DNA from: Nitrosomonadales bacterium | GTDB lineage: Bacteria > Pseudomonadota > Gammaproteobacteria > Burkholderiales > SG8-41 | Assembly: GCA_043777275.1 (NCBI GenBank) | Contig: JAYVQD010000074.1 | Location: 1 to 37,094 of the forward strand | Direction of reading: 5' to 3' | DNA: 37,094 nt | Part shown: positions 9,223 through 18,356 of the stretch, piece after piece | Numbering within the stretch: position 1 is the first letter of the stretch | Layout of the letters: each line of letters starts with the position of its first letter | Notes under the pieces: model-generated | The model's input: the letters and a program-made list of their open reading frames with translations, nothing else | Told to the model about the DNA's origin: nothing | Database searches by the model: none | Translations under genes and position numbers: made by a program

Positions 9223-10266
9223 ATGAATGAATTCAATCGGCGCGCGTTTCTTACCGGCATGGCGGCACTGGGCGCGGGCACGTTGCTGCCGGGTTGCGCC
9301 ACGGACGGTTCACCGGCGGGCGCGGGCGCCCGTGGTACGACTGCGCATCGCATCGATGTTCACCATCATTTCATGTCCCCCGGCTATTCTGCGGCGCTGA
9401 AGCAGGGCGGGCAGGGGCACGCAAAATGGTCGGTGCAAATGTCGCTCGACGACATGGACAAGAGCGGCATACAGACCTCGCTGCTGTCGCTGATGCAGCC
9501 CGCCATGGCGTTCGGCGGCAATCCGCAGGGCCGCAAGCTGGCGCGCGAAGCCAATGAGCATGCCGCAAAAATCGTGGGCGATCACAAAGGCCGCTTCGGC
9601 AGCTTTGCCGCGCTGCCGTATACCGATACCGAAGGCGCGCTCGCCGAGATCGGCTACGCGCTCGATACCCTGAAGGCCGAAGGTTTTTGCCTGATGACCA
9701 GTTACGGCGGCAAGTATCTCGGCGATCCGTCGTTCTTTCCGGTGCTCGAAGAATTAAATCGCCGCAAGGCCGTGATCTACACGCATCCGCTGTCGCCCGA
9801 GTGCTGCGGCAAAATACCCAGCGGTGTTGCGGGGAGCGCGATTGAATATGCGGTGGATACCACCCGCACCATGACGAGCCTGATGTTTTATGGCGCAGCG
9901 GCGCGTTACCCCGATATCAAATGGATTTTTTCGCACAGCGGTGGCGTCACGCCGTTTCTGTTGTCGCGCTTTGAGCGCGAAGAACTCACCCTCAAGGGCG
10001 TCAAGGAAAAACTGCCGAATGGGTTCAGGCATGAACTGGCGAAATTTTATTACGACATGGCGCAAGGCAATCACCCCGGCGCGCTCGATGCGCTGGCCTA
10101 CATCGCGCCGGTGTCGCAATATCTCTACGGCACGGATTACCCGTTCCGCGACGGCGCCGAGGTCAACACCGCGCTGGCGAAGTATCAGCGCTTTAGCAGC
10201 GCCGAACGCCGCGCCATCGACCGCGACAACGCATTGCGCATCATGCCGTCGCTGGGCCGCGTGTAG
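9223..10266 (+). CDS. Amidohydrolase_2 family protein (ACMSD/6-methylsalicylate decarboxylase-like) with Tat lipoprotein signal
   Basis: NRRAFL twin-arginine motif followed by LPGC lipobox. IDVHHH, YTHP, SHSGG, YGTDYPF metal-site motifs. Confidence 0.88.
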   Translation: MNEFNRRAFLTGMAALGAGTLLPGCATDGSPAGAGARGTTAHRIDVHHHFMSPGYSAALKQGGQGHAKWSVQMSLDDMDKSGIQTSLLSLMQPAMAFGGNPQGRKLAREANEHAAKIVGDHKGRFGSFAALPYTDTEGALAEIGYALDTLKAEGFCLMTSYGGKYLGDPSFFPVLEELNRRKAVIYTHPLSPECCGKIPSGVAGSAIEYAVDTTRTMTSLMFYGAAARYPDIKWIFSHSGGVTPFLLSRFEREELTLKGVKEKLPNGFRHELAKFYYDMAQGNHPGALDALAYIAPVSQYLYGTDYPFRDGAEVNTALAKYQRFSSAERRAIDRDNALRIMPSLGRV

Positions 10267-10722
10267 ATCACTGGCCGGGCGATTTTGGCGGGGTGTTGGT
10301 TGTAGAGGTTTGGATTTGATCTGACAACCCGTGTCACAACACATGCCCGGCGACCGGCAACTACTGGCCAAAAGCTGAAGTTGACGAACGTCCGCAATTG
10401 ATCTGTTCACTCGAACACTGGGTCAATGGCACAGCCTGCGCTCCGCAGCCTTGTATGCCGACGGCACTGCTTGATTCCGCAGAATTCGCGACCTTCACGA
10501 TAGATACCTATTTCTACCACCTGTAACTGCATGAATGACAATTGGCCACCCACAATGGGATTCAGATTTTCGCAAAGGTAGCTCGTGGACGCAGAGCGTC
10601 TTCAAAGCGGCGGGAAGTCTGCCACATTCCCGAATTAGATTTGATTCCCCTCCAGACGACCATCTACTATCAACAGATAGCCTTGTTTATTCGATTTAAT
10701 CAGTTTAATATCGAACTCGATC

Positions 10723-11076
10723 ATGATTTCCAGTATTCAAATTCTGGCGTCGCGCGTCCTTCTCTTTGCGATGCTGGCCACCTTCCTTTCTCCTAGCCTG
10801 GGCTGGCAGATGGTTGCGAGCCATGATCAGCTTGAGCATGCGGGTGTGGCCGTATCAGTAGCTGGCCATGGCCATGACGACGATCACGATGATCATGCTG
10901 ACGCGCATAGCTCTATCGGGCACGTGTTAACGCATATGCCGATTGATCTAGCCGCCACAACCACGATCAGGTTTTCACCCGGGAATGAATCCGAATTGCT
11001 CTCCCCGCAATTCTCCATTCACGATACACCTCCCGAATCCCACTTCAGACCTCCGCGTCCGCTCTTTTCGGTTTAG
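10723..11076 (+). CDS. CzcI-like small His-rich exported protein
   Basis: N-terminal hydrophobic signal, HGHDDDHDDHADAH tract, C-terminal PESHFRPPR. Positioned first in a czcCBA-like operon. Confidence 0.7.
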   Translation: MISSIQILASRVLLFAMLATFLSPSLGWQMVASHDQLEHAGVAVSVAGHGHDDDHDDHADAHSSIGHVLTHMPIDLAATTTIRFSPGNESELLSPQFSIHDTPPESHFRPPRPLFSV

Positions 11077-11146
11077 CCCCTGATTCATTCTGCGACAGCA
11101 CATTGGCTGTCGTGGATCATTTCGGCCCTATTCGAAGGAGGACTCC

Positions 11147-12454
11147 ATGTCTGGAGACCGCACCCATTGCGCGCTCACGGGTAACCGAGCGAGCGCATTT
11201 TCGCCTGTTGTACGCAGCAGTATTCACGGTATTTTTCTCGTTTCCGCATTTCTTACCGCAGTTTCACTGCCGGCAAGTGGGGCCGAACCACCGGTACTCA
11301 CGGAGCGCAGAGCCTTAGAGCTCGCGCTGTCGCGACCAGCCTATCGCGACCTTGAGCAAGGCCGTCTCTCAACGGCAGAAAGTGTCGTCACGGAGGCCGG
11401 TTTGCTACCCAATCCATCGCTCTCCATGGAACGGGATCGTATGAACATTCCCGGTGGCCGGTCTACCGAGACATCGATTAAGATTTCCCAGACGTTCGAC
11501 TTTTCCGGTCGGCGTGCGCTACGGCGTGAAGCCGCCGGCAATCGATTGGATGCCGCGCGTTTCGATCAACAAGACCGGCGCATCAGCACGATTCATGAAG
11601 TACGTCGCCTGTTCAGCGAAACCTTTTACCGTGATCGGCTACGCTCCGCGCTCGCCGGATGGGTGCAGCACATCGAGACTGCCACGACGGTCGTTGCGCA
11701 ACTCGCCAAGTCGGGCGAAGTGTCAGGCTATGACCGGCGCCGCCTTGAGCGTGAATCGCAAACAGCCAAAGCACGATTGGCAGGAACTGCTGCTGATTAC
11801 GCTCGTATGCGCGAGGCTCTGGCGGGTTTGACCGGGGAGGCAGACGGACCCAAACCAGCTCTTGGTGGCGAACTACTGCCACCGACTACGCCAGCGCTGG
11901 AGTCGGTGCAAGCCACCTTGCGCAAGCGCCCCGATCTGGCAAGCCGCAATGCTCAAGCTGACGCGTTTGATCGCGAACGCAGCGCTGCAGAACGTGCATG
12001 GATACCCGATGTGACCTTGGGCATCGGACAAAAACGGGTCGATGAACCCGGGCGATCCGATAACGGCGTTATCGTTGGCGTCTCGGTGCCTATTCCGCTG
12101 TTCAATAGAGAGCAGGCCTCCGTGCAACGCGCGCGCGCGCAGGCCAACACGTTGCGTACCGAACATGCGCTGGTACTCGCGAAGTCAGAAGCCGAGTTAC
12201 GCGGCATTTGGCGTCAGACTACTGAATTGCGTCAGGCCGCGGAATCCTTTCGCCGTGATTCGCTTGCCAGTTCGCGTGACCTGACGCGCATCGCCGAAGC
12301 GGCTTATCGCGCGGGTGAGGGTGGAATCCTCGAACTGCTCGATGCCTATAAGGCGCAACTGGAAGCGGAAACGACATTACTTGATCTTGAACTGCGTGCA
12401 CGTCTCGCACGCATCGAACTGGACGCACTGTCTGGAGTGAGTATTTATGAATAA
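11147..12454 (+). CDS. czcC: Outer membrane efflux protein, TolC/CzcC family
   Basis: AAGGAGGA RBS. PNPSLS, SVPIPLFNR, AYRAGEGGILELLDA motifs. Upstream of MFP and RND genes. Confidence 0.85.
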   Translation: MSGDRTHCALTGNRASAFSPVVRSSIHGIFLVSAFLTAVSLPASGAEPPVLTERRALELALSRPAYRDLEQGRLSTAESVVTEAGLLPNPSLSMERDRMNIPGGRSTETSIKISQTFDFSGRRALRREAAGNRLDAARFDQQDRRISTIHEVRRLFSETFYRDRLRSALAGWVQHIETATTVVAQLAKSGEVSGYDRRRLERESQTAKARLAGTAADYARMREALAGLTGEADGPKPALGGELLPPTTPALESVQATLRKRPDLASRNAQADAFDRERSAAERAWIPDVTLGIGQKRVDEPGRSDNGVIVGVSVPIPLFNREQASVQRARAQANTLRTEHALVLAKSEAELRGIWRQTTELRQAAESFRRDSLASSRDLTRIAEAAYRAGEGGILELLDAYKAQLEAETTLLDLELRARLARIELDALSGVSIYE

Positions 12455-14024
12455 ATTCAAATGGTTATACATATCCCTGTTCCTGGCGATTTTCACCGCC
12501 TGTTCGCATAAGGACGACCATAGTCACGACGTTGCGAAGGCAAAGGCGCCCGCAAAGTCTGCGGCAGCGGAGCACGGTCACGAGCATGGTGGAGGCAATG
12601 CCATCACGCATTACACGGAATCCAGCGAACTCTTTGTCGAATTCCCGCACTTGGTGAAGGGCGAGGAAGCAGCGTTCGCAGCTCATTTGTCACGCCTTGC
12701 TGACTTCAAAGCAGTTTCAGAAGGCAAGCTGACCGTGACGTTAGGCGGCGGCGGACAGGCTGAGGAGCGCACAGAAATTGGTGTAAGCAAAACGCCTGGT
12801 ATTTTTCGGCCTGTACTCAAACCACAGCACGCCGGAAAACGCCGGCTTACCTTTCAGCTTGTTGCCCCGGGCATCACAAGTACCCATGATCTTGGCGAGG
12901 TGGACGTTTTCATGGATCCTAAAGCAGCCGGCGCAGCAGCCAAAGCGGGGAGCGGCGACGAAGGCATCAAATTCACCAAAGAACAGCAGTGGAAAATTGA
13001 TTTTGCTAACACGCCCGCCTTCGAGCGAGAAGTACGCGAATCAATAGCGGTAACGGCAACACTGCGGCCGCGAACATCGGGCGAAGCCCAGATCGCCGTG
13101 CCGAGCGCGGGGCTGTTGCGTGCAGGACCAGGCGGTTTTCCACAGGTGGGCATGAAAATCGCAGCCGGACAGATAGTGGCCTACCTCGCACCGCGACTGG
13201 GCGCAGAAACCGATGTGGCGACGCTGAACCTTGCGATACAACGCGCCCGCATCGAATCAGCACAAGCAACCCAGGAACGGGAACGTCTCGAAGGTTTGCT
13301 GGCGGTCGAGGCGATAGCCGCCAAGCGCGTCGTCGAAGCGCGTCATCGCGAACGTCTGGTGCAAGCCGAACTCAGTGCGGCGGAACAGCGCGCGGCTACT
13401 TATCAAGGTGGCGCAGGGGGTATTGCACTCAAGTCTCCCATTGCTGGGACCGTGGTGGCGGTGAACGGGAGTCCAGGAGCAGCGGTTACAGACGGCCAGA
13501 TGATCGTCCATGTCGCGGTGCTGGACAAGTTGTGGCTTGAAGCACGTGTGCCTGAAAGCGACCTTGGTCGTATCACCTCACCCACTGGCGCGTTCTTCCG
13601 CCTGGACGGCGCACAGAACACAACCGTGCTGGAGGTGGGCCGCAATGCACGGTTGATCGCTTTCGGCGGCATGGTAGACAAAGAATCGCGCACCGTACCC
13701 GCGATCATCGAATTCGATAACGCGGATGCCGCATTACGTGCCGGTATGCAAATTCAAGCGCGGCTGTACACGGGCCGCGCGGCCAAGGGGATAACAATTC
13801 CTGCAGCCGCAATGTTAGACGATGCCGGCCAGACGGTCGTGTTTGTGCAAAAAGAAGGCGAGTCGTTCGAGAGGCGCATCGTGGAGGCGGGGCCACGAGA
13901 CGGAGACTGGATTGCAATCAAGTCCGGCATTGCAGCAGGCGAAAGGGCCGTCACCAAAGGCGCTTATCAAGTGCGACTGGCAGCGACACGACCTGCGGCG
14001 ATGGGCCACGGCCACGCACACTGA
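12447..14024 (+). CDS. czcB: RND efflux periplasmic adaptor (CzcB/CusB-like), lipoprotein with His-rich N-terminus and extra N-terminal domain
   Basis: FTAC lipobox, HKDDHSH/HGHEH, KSPIAGTV, LWLEARVPESD, LRAGM, C-terminal GHGHAH. Confidence 0.85.
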   Translation: MNKFKWLYISLFLAIFTACSHKDDHSHDVAKAKAPAKSAAAEHGHEHGGGNAITHYTESSELFVEFPHLVKGEEAAFAAHLSRLADFKAVSEGKLTVTLGGGGQAEERTEIGVSKTPGIFRPVLKPQHAGKRRLTFQLVAPGITSTHDLGEVDVFMDPKAAGAAAKAGSGDEGIKFTKEQQWKIDFANTPAFEREVRESIAVTATLRPRTSGEAQIAVPSAGLLRAGPGGFPQVGMKIAAGQIVAYLAPRLGAETDVATLNLAIQRARIESAQATQERERLEGLLAVEAIAAKRVVEARHRERLVQAELSAAEQRAATYQGGAGGIALKSPIAGTVVAVNGSPGAAVTDGQMIVHVAVLDKLWLEARVPESDLGRITSPTGAFFRLDGAQNTTVLEVGRNARLIAFGGMVDKESRTVPAIIEFDNADAALRAGMQIQARLYTGRAAKGITIPAAAMLDDAGQTVVFVQKEGESFERRIVEAGPRDGDWIAIKSGIAAGERAVTKGAYQVRLAATRPAAMGHGHAH

Positions 14025-14034
14025 GAAATCCATC

Positions 14035-17000
14035 ATGATTGCATCCCTCATTCGTTGGTCTCTGGCCAACCGCTTGTTTGTGCTGGCAGCAGCAGCCCTG
14101 CTCCTGATTTGGGGTGGTTATCAAACCACACGCATGCCGGTAGACGTATTCCCCGACCTCACTGCGCCGTCGGTAACTGTGGTTGCGGAAGCACACGGTA
14201 TGTCGCCTGCCGAGGTTGAAAGCATCGTCACCTTCCCCATCGAAACCGCACTCAATGGTTCCCCCGGCGTGCGGCGCGTGCGGTCGATCTCTACGATTGG
14301 ACTCGCCGTCATTACGGTGGAGTTCGAATGGGGTGCCGAGATGTTTCGCGCGCGCCAGATCGTCGCGGAAAAACTCCAGTTGGCAAGAGCGTCTCTGCCG
14401 CCCGATCTGCCACCGCCGCAGATGGCTCCCGACGCATCGGTGATGGGCGAGATCATGTTCATCGCGCTCACTTCCGACAAGGCTACCGGGGCCGAACTTA
14501 AATCCACTGCTGACTGGGTGGTGCGCCGCCGGTTGCTCGCCGTACCAGGTGTAGCTGAGGTGATTACCATCGGCGGTGACGAAAAGCAGTATCAGGTTAC
14601 GCTCAAACCCGAACGGATGGCGGCTTACGGTGTTACGGTCGATCAAATACTCAAGGCCTTGCGCGAGACCAATCAGAACGCGCCAGCCGGATTCTTTCTG
14701 GAAGGCGGACAAGAGTATCTGATCCAGGGCGTAGGGCGTGTGCAGCGTCCCGAGGACATCGGCGAAACGGTGGTCGCGCTGCGCGCCGGCCAGCCCATTC
14801 TGGTTCGTCATCTCGGTGAAGTCGGGATCGGCACCGGCGTCGTGCGCGGTACGGGATCACACAATGGCAAGCCGGCGGTCATCTTTGCCATCCAGAAACA
14901 GCCGGGCGCCAACACACTCGAACTGACCAAGCGACTGGATGAGACATTTATCAGTCTGCAATCCAGTTTGCCCAAGACCATGAAGATCGAGTCGCACATC
15001 TTCCGCCAGGCGGATTTCATTGAGCGCGCGATCAACAATCTGCTGGCGGCGCTGCGCGACGGCGCCATTCTGGTGATCGCCATCGTCTTCGCCTTTCTCC
15101 TGTCGGCACGGGCAACTGCGATCACTTTGGTGGCGTTGCCGTTGTCTTTGCTCGCGGGCGTGCTGGTGATGCAGGCATTGGGGGCGACTCTCAACACCAT
15201 GACGCTGGGCGGCTTCGCCATCGCGCTCGGCGCACTGGTGGATGACGCCATCATCGTGGTTGAAAACATCGTGCGGCGGTTGAAGCTGAACGCTGCCGAG
15301 ACAGAATCCGCACGGCTGCCCTCTGCAACCGTGGTATTCGAAGCCACCAAGGAAATTCAAGGCTCCATCGTCTTTGCCACGCTCATTATCATGCTGGTAT
15401 TCGTGCCGATCTTCTTTCTGACTGGTGTGGAAGGACGGCTGCTGATTCCCCTTGGTTTTGCTTATGTGGTGGCGCTGGCAGCGTCGTTACTGGTGGCGGT
15501 GACGGTCACACCGGTGCTGGCCGCACACTTCCTGCCACACGCCAGGAGCGTACGTGAACACACCGAGCCGCGCCTTATTACCGGGATGAAGTCTACCTAC
15601 GAGCGAATCCTGCAGGCCTTGGTACGGCGTTGGTTGCTGCTGGCGCTACTCTCTCTCGTCGGGCTCGCTGTCGCCATAGCCGCACTCATGGGAGCAGGAC
15701 GCGCTTTTCTTCCCGACTTCAACGAGGGCAGTCTTACGGTCAATATTTCCACCTTGCCTGGTACTGCACTCGATGAATCCAGCCGCATGGCGCAGCGCGT
15801 GGAGGAAATCCTGCTGGGTCATCCGGAAGTGGTCGCGACCGCACGGCGTACCGGTCGTGCGCCCGCTGATCCTCACGCACAGGAAATCCATGCTTCGGAA
15901 ATCGAGGTCAGCCTGCAAATGAAGGATCGCAGCAAGGACAAACTGCTGGCCGCCCTGCGCGCCGACTTCGGTTCGCTATCGGGCATGAATGTGGTGCTTG
16001 GCCAGCCGATTTCGCACCGCATCGACCATATGCTCTCCGGCACGCGCGCGAACATCGCGATCAAGATATTCGGCAATGATCTGCATGAGTTGCGCCGCAT
16101 CGGCACGCAGGTAAAGGATGTTGCCGGATCAGTACGGGGGGCGGTGGATGTGGCGCTGGAACAACAGGCCGATATTCCGTTCGTGATGGTGAAATTCCGC
16201 CGAGACAGTATTGCCCGGTACGGATTGACGATCCGCGAAGTATCTGAAGCCATCGAAACCGCCTTTGCCGGCAGCGAAGTATCCAGGGTGCTGGAAGGTC
16301 AGGCAACGTTTGGTCTTGTGGTGCGCTTCGATCCGGCAGTACGCGATTCGCTGGAGTCGATTCAATCCACGCTAATCACCACGGCGGGCGGCGCACGCCT
16401 GCCGCTGTCGGCGCTCGCGGAAGTGCGCAAGGATCGCGGACCTAACCTGATAAGCCGCGAAAGTGTGCAACGCAAAATTGTGGTCATGGCCAATGTCGCC
16501 GGGCGCGACCTCACCAGCGTGGTGGAAGAAATTCGTGCAAAGGTGAGCGATAGAATCAAGTTACCGACCGGTTACCATATCGAGTATGGCGGACAGTTCA
16601 AAAGCGCAGCCGAAGCCACTCGAACACTCACCTTTCTCGGTGTCGCGGTAATCGCCGGCATATTCCTGCTGCTGTATCTCGCCTTCCGCTCAGCCGGCGA
16701 CGCGTTACTGGTGATGCTCAATCTGCCGCTGGCGCTGATTGGCGGGGTGGCTGGTATGTTTGCCGCAGGTGGCATCCTGTCGGTTGCCACGCTGATTGGC
16801 TTCATCACGCTATTTGGCATTGCCACGCGCAACGGCGTGATGCTGATTGCGCACATTCGCCATCTGTTCGAAGTGGAAGGTGTGACCGACCCGCTGGAAG
16901 CCGTAATACGCGGTTCCCGGGAACGACTGGCACCGATCCTGATGACAGCGTTCGCAGCAGGACTGGCACTGGTACCCTTGGCACTCGCAGCCGGTGAACC

Positions 17001-17145
17001 GGGAAGCGAAATTCAAGCGCCAATGGCGATGGTGATCCTGTTCGGGCTGCTATCCTCTACGTTACTCAATATGTTTATCGTTCCCAGTCTTTACCTGCGC
17101 TTTGGCGCCGTGAGACGCGCACAACCGGGATTGAAAGGTCAGTAA
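14035..17145 (+). CDS. czcA: Heavy-metal efflux RND permease (CusA/CzcA family)
   Basis: MPVDVFPDL, GGFAIALGALVDDAIIVVEN (TM4), FLPDFNEG, GFITLFGIATRNG, ERLAPILMT. Real start MIASLIRWSL at 14035. Confidence 0.9.
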   Translation: MIASLIRWSLANRLFVLAAAALLLIWGGYQTTRMPVDVFPDLTAPSVTVVAEAHGMSPAEVESIVTFPIETALNGSPGVRRVRSISTIGLAVITVEFEWGAEMFRARQIVAEKLQLARASLPPDLPPPQMAPDASVMGEIMFIALTSDKATGAELKSTADWVVRRRLLAVPGVAEVITIGGDEKQYQVTLKPERMAAYGVTVDQILKALRETNQNAPAGFFLEGGQEYLIQGVGRVQRPEDIGETVVALRAGQPILVRHLGEVGIGTGVVRGTGSHNGKPAVIFAIQKQPGANTLELTKRLDETFISLQSSLPKTMKIESHIFRQADFIERAINNLLAALRDGAILVIAIVFAFLLSARATAITLVALPLSLLAGVLVMQALGATLNTMTLGGFAIALGALVDDAIIVVENIVRRLKLNAAETESARLPSATVVFEATKEIQGSIVFATLIIMLVFVPIFFLTGVEGRLLIPLGFAYVVALAASLLVAVTVTPVLAAHFLPHARSVREHTEPRLITGMKSTYERILQALVRRWLLLALLSLVGLAVAIAALMGAGRAFLPDFNEGSLTVNISTLPGTALDESSRMAQRVEEILLGHPEVVATARRTGRAPADPHAQEIHASEIEVSLQMKDRSKDKLLAALRADFGSLSGMNVVLGQPISHRIDHMLSGTRANIAIKIFGNDLHELRRIGTQVKDVAGSVRGAVDVALEQQADIPFVMVKFRRDSIARYGLTIREVSEAIETAFAGSEVSRVLEGQATFGLVVRFDPAVRDSLESIQSTLITTAGGARLPLSALAEVRKDRGPNLISRESVQRKIVVMANVAGRDLTSVVEEIRAKVSDRIKLPTGYHIEYGGQFKSAAEATRTLTFLGVAVIAGIFLLLYLAFRSAGDALLVMLNLPLALIGGVAGMFAAGGILSVATLIGFITLFGIATRNGVMLIAHIRHLFEVEGVTDPLEAVIRGSRERLAPILMTAFAAGLALVPLALAAGEPGSEIQAPMAMVILFGLLSSTLLNMFIVPSLYLRFGAVRRAQPGLKGQ

Positions 17146-17156
17146 ATTTTCTCAAT

Positions 17157-18200
17157 ATGAAAATCTGGCAAGAACGCGGCATATTGGCCGCGTTAGGTGC
17201 GGCTCTGTTGTTTGGCGCAGGTACGCCTGCCGCCAAGCTCTTGCTCGGCCCAACTAGTCCTTGGCTGCTGGCGGGACTGCTCTACCTCGGCTCTGGTATT
17301 GGCCTGGCTTTATTTAGGTTGATTCGTCGTGCCGAGCCGGTTCGTCTCGCACGCTCGGAAATCAAATGGCTCGTGGCTGCGATTGTGGCAGGCGGCATGA
17401 TAGGGCCTGCCCTGTTGATGTGGGGGCTGTCTCGCATGCCCGCCTCCGGGGCTTCACTCCTGTTAAATGCCGAGGGCGTGCTCACCGCGCTGCTGGCCTG
17501 GTTCGTGTTTCGCGAGAACTTCGATCGGCGCATTGCAATTGGTATGGCTTTTATCGTGGCAGGCGCAGTAGTACTGTCGTGGCCGCGTGAAGCCCAGTTG
17601 GGTGATGCGTTGCCAGCACTGGCTGTACTTGGCGCCTGCCTAGCATGGGCCATCGATAACAATTTTACCCGCAAGGTTTCTCTCGGAGACGCGACTTTTA
17701 TTGCGATGATCAAAGGGCTGACAGCCGGGGCAACCAATCTTGCACTGGCGCTGATAGCCGGTGCGGTATTGCCCTCCATAGAAATCGTTGTTGCTGCCGG
17801 CCTGCTGGGGGTGGTTAGCTATGGGGCGAGTCTTGCGTTGTTCGTCATCGCGTTGCGCGAGCTTGGCACGGCGCGCACTGGTGCTTACTTCTCGACGGCG
17901 CCGTTTGCAGGCGCACTGATTGCGATCTTTTTTTTAGGCGAAACGGTGACTATCCAGCTTGTTGCAGCCAGTGTCTTAATGGGTATAGGTGTATGGCTGC
18001 ACCTTACGGAGCGGCACGAGCATACACATAACCATAATGCCTTGGATCACGAGCACGAACATACGCACGACATCCACCACCAGCATTTCCATCCAGAGCC
18101 TGTGTCAACCGGCACCCGTCATACACATCCGCATCGGCACGAGCCGAACACCCACACCCATCCGCATTATCCAGACGCGCATCACGATCACGAGCACTGA
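17157..18200 (+). CDS. EamA/DMT family transporter with long His-rich C-terminal tail
   Basis: About 10 TM EamA duplication (GLLYLGSGIG, SLLLNAEGVLT, WAIDNNFTRKVS, LGTARTGAYFSTAPF), then EHTHNH...HTHPHYPDAHHDHEH. Confidence 0.9.
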   Translation: MKIWQERGILAALGAALLFGAGTPAAKLLLGPTSPWLLAGLLYLGSGIGLALFRLIRRAEPVRLARSEIKWLVAAIVAGGMIGPALLMWGLSRMPASGASLLLNAEGVLTALLAWFVFRENFDRRIAIGMAFIVAGAVVLSWPREAQLGDALPALAVLGACLAWAIDNNFTRKVSLGDATFIAMIKGLTAGATNLALALIAGAVLPSIEIVVAAGLLGVVSYGASLALFVIALRELGTARTGAYFSTAPFAGALIAIFFLGETVTIQLVAASVLMGIGVWLHLTERHEHTHNHNALDHEHEHTHDIHHQHFHPEPVSTGTRHTHPHRHEPNTHTHPHYPDAHHDHEH

Positions 18201-18356
18201 TGGCGATATTGCGAATACCGTACGCAAGATTCAAACGACGGCTTTAGGGTGGCACGATCTCATTAACTGATGTCGGCTCTGGGTCGGTTTGTCACATTCA
18301 GGAATACCGATAGCAGTCGGACACTGCATGCCAGATCAAGTCAAGACTGATACCCC

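Larger units (their letters stand above)
10313..18342. mobile_element. Putative non-autonomous mobile cassette carrying a heavy-metal efflux locus, bounded by imperfect inverted repeats
   Basis: Left end GATTTGATCTGACAACCCGTGTC (10313-10335) and the reverse complement of the right end GACTTGATCTGGCATGCAGTGTC (18320-18342) match at 18/23. The interior has visibly different codon usage (more A/T-ending codons). No transposase or target-site duplication seen. Confidence 0.55.

Noticed and set aside
10542-10796. 84-aa ORF upstream of the czcI-like gene, considered as a regulator
   Set aside because: TTG start, no recognisable motif or HTH, and it overlaps the czcI-like gene; probably spurious.
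13822-14034. 71-aa N-terminal extension of the RND ORF
   Set aside because: Overlaps the adaptor gene in another frame; family-like sequence starts at ATG 14035.
10350-18298. Short degenerate hairpins just inside each cassette end (GGCAACTACTGGCCAAAAGCTGAAGTT near 10356; GATGTCGGCTCTGGGTCGGTTTGTCACATT near 18269) considered as attC-like recombination sites
   Set aside because: Weak mutual similarity, no RYYYAAC/GTTRRRY box pair, and no integrase; cannot be supported from the sequence alone.
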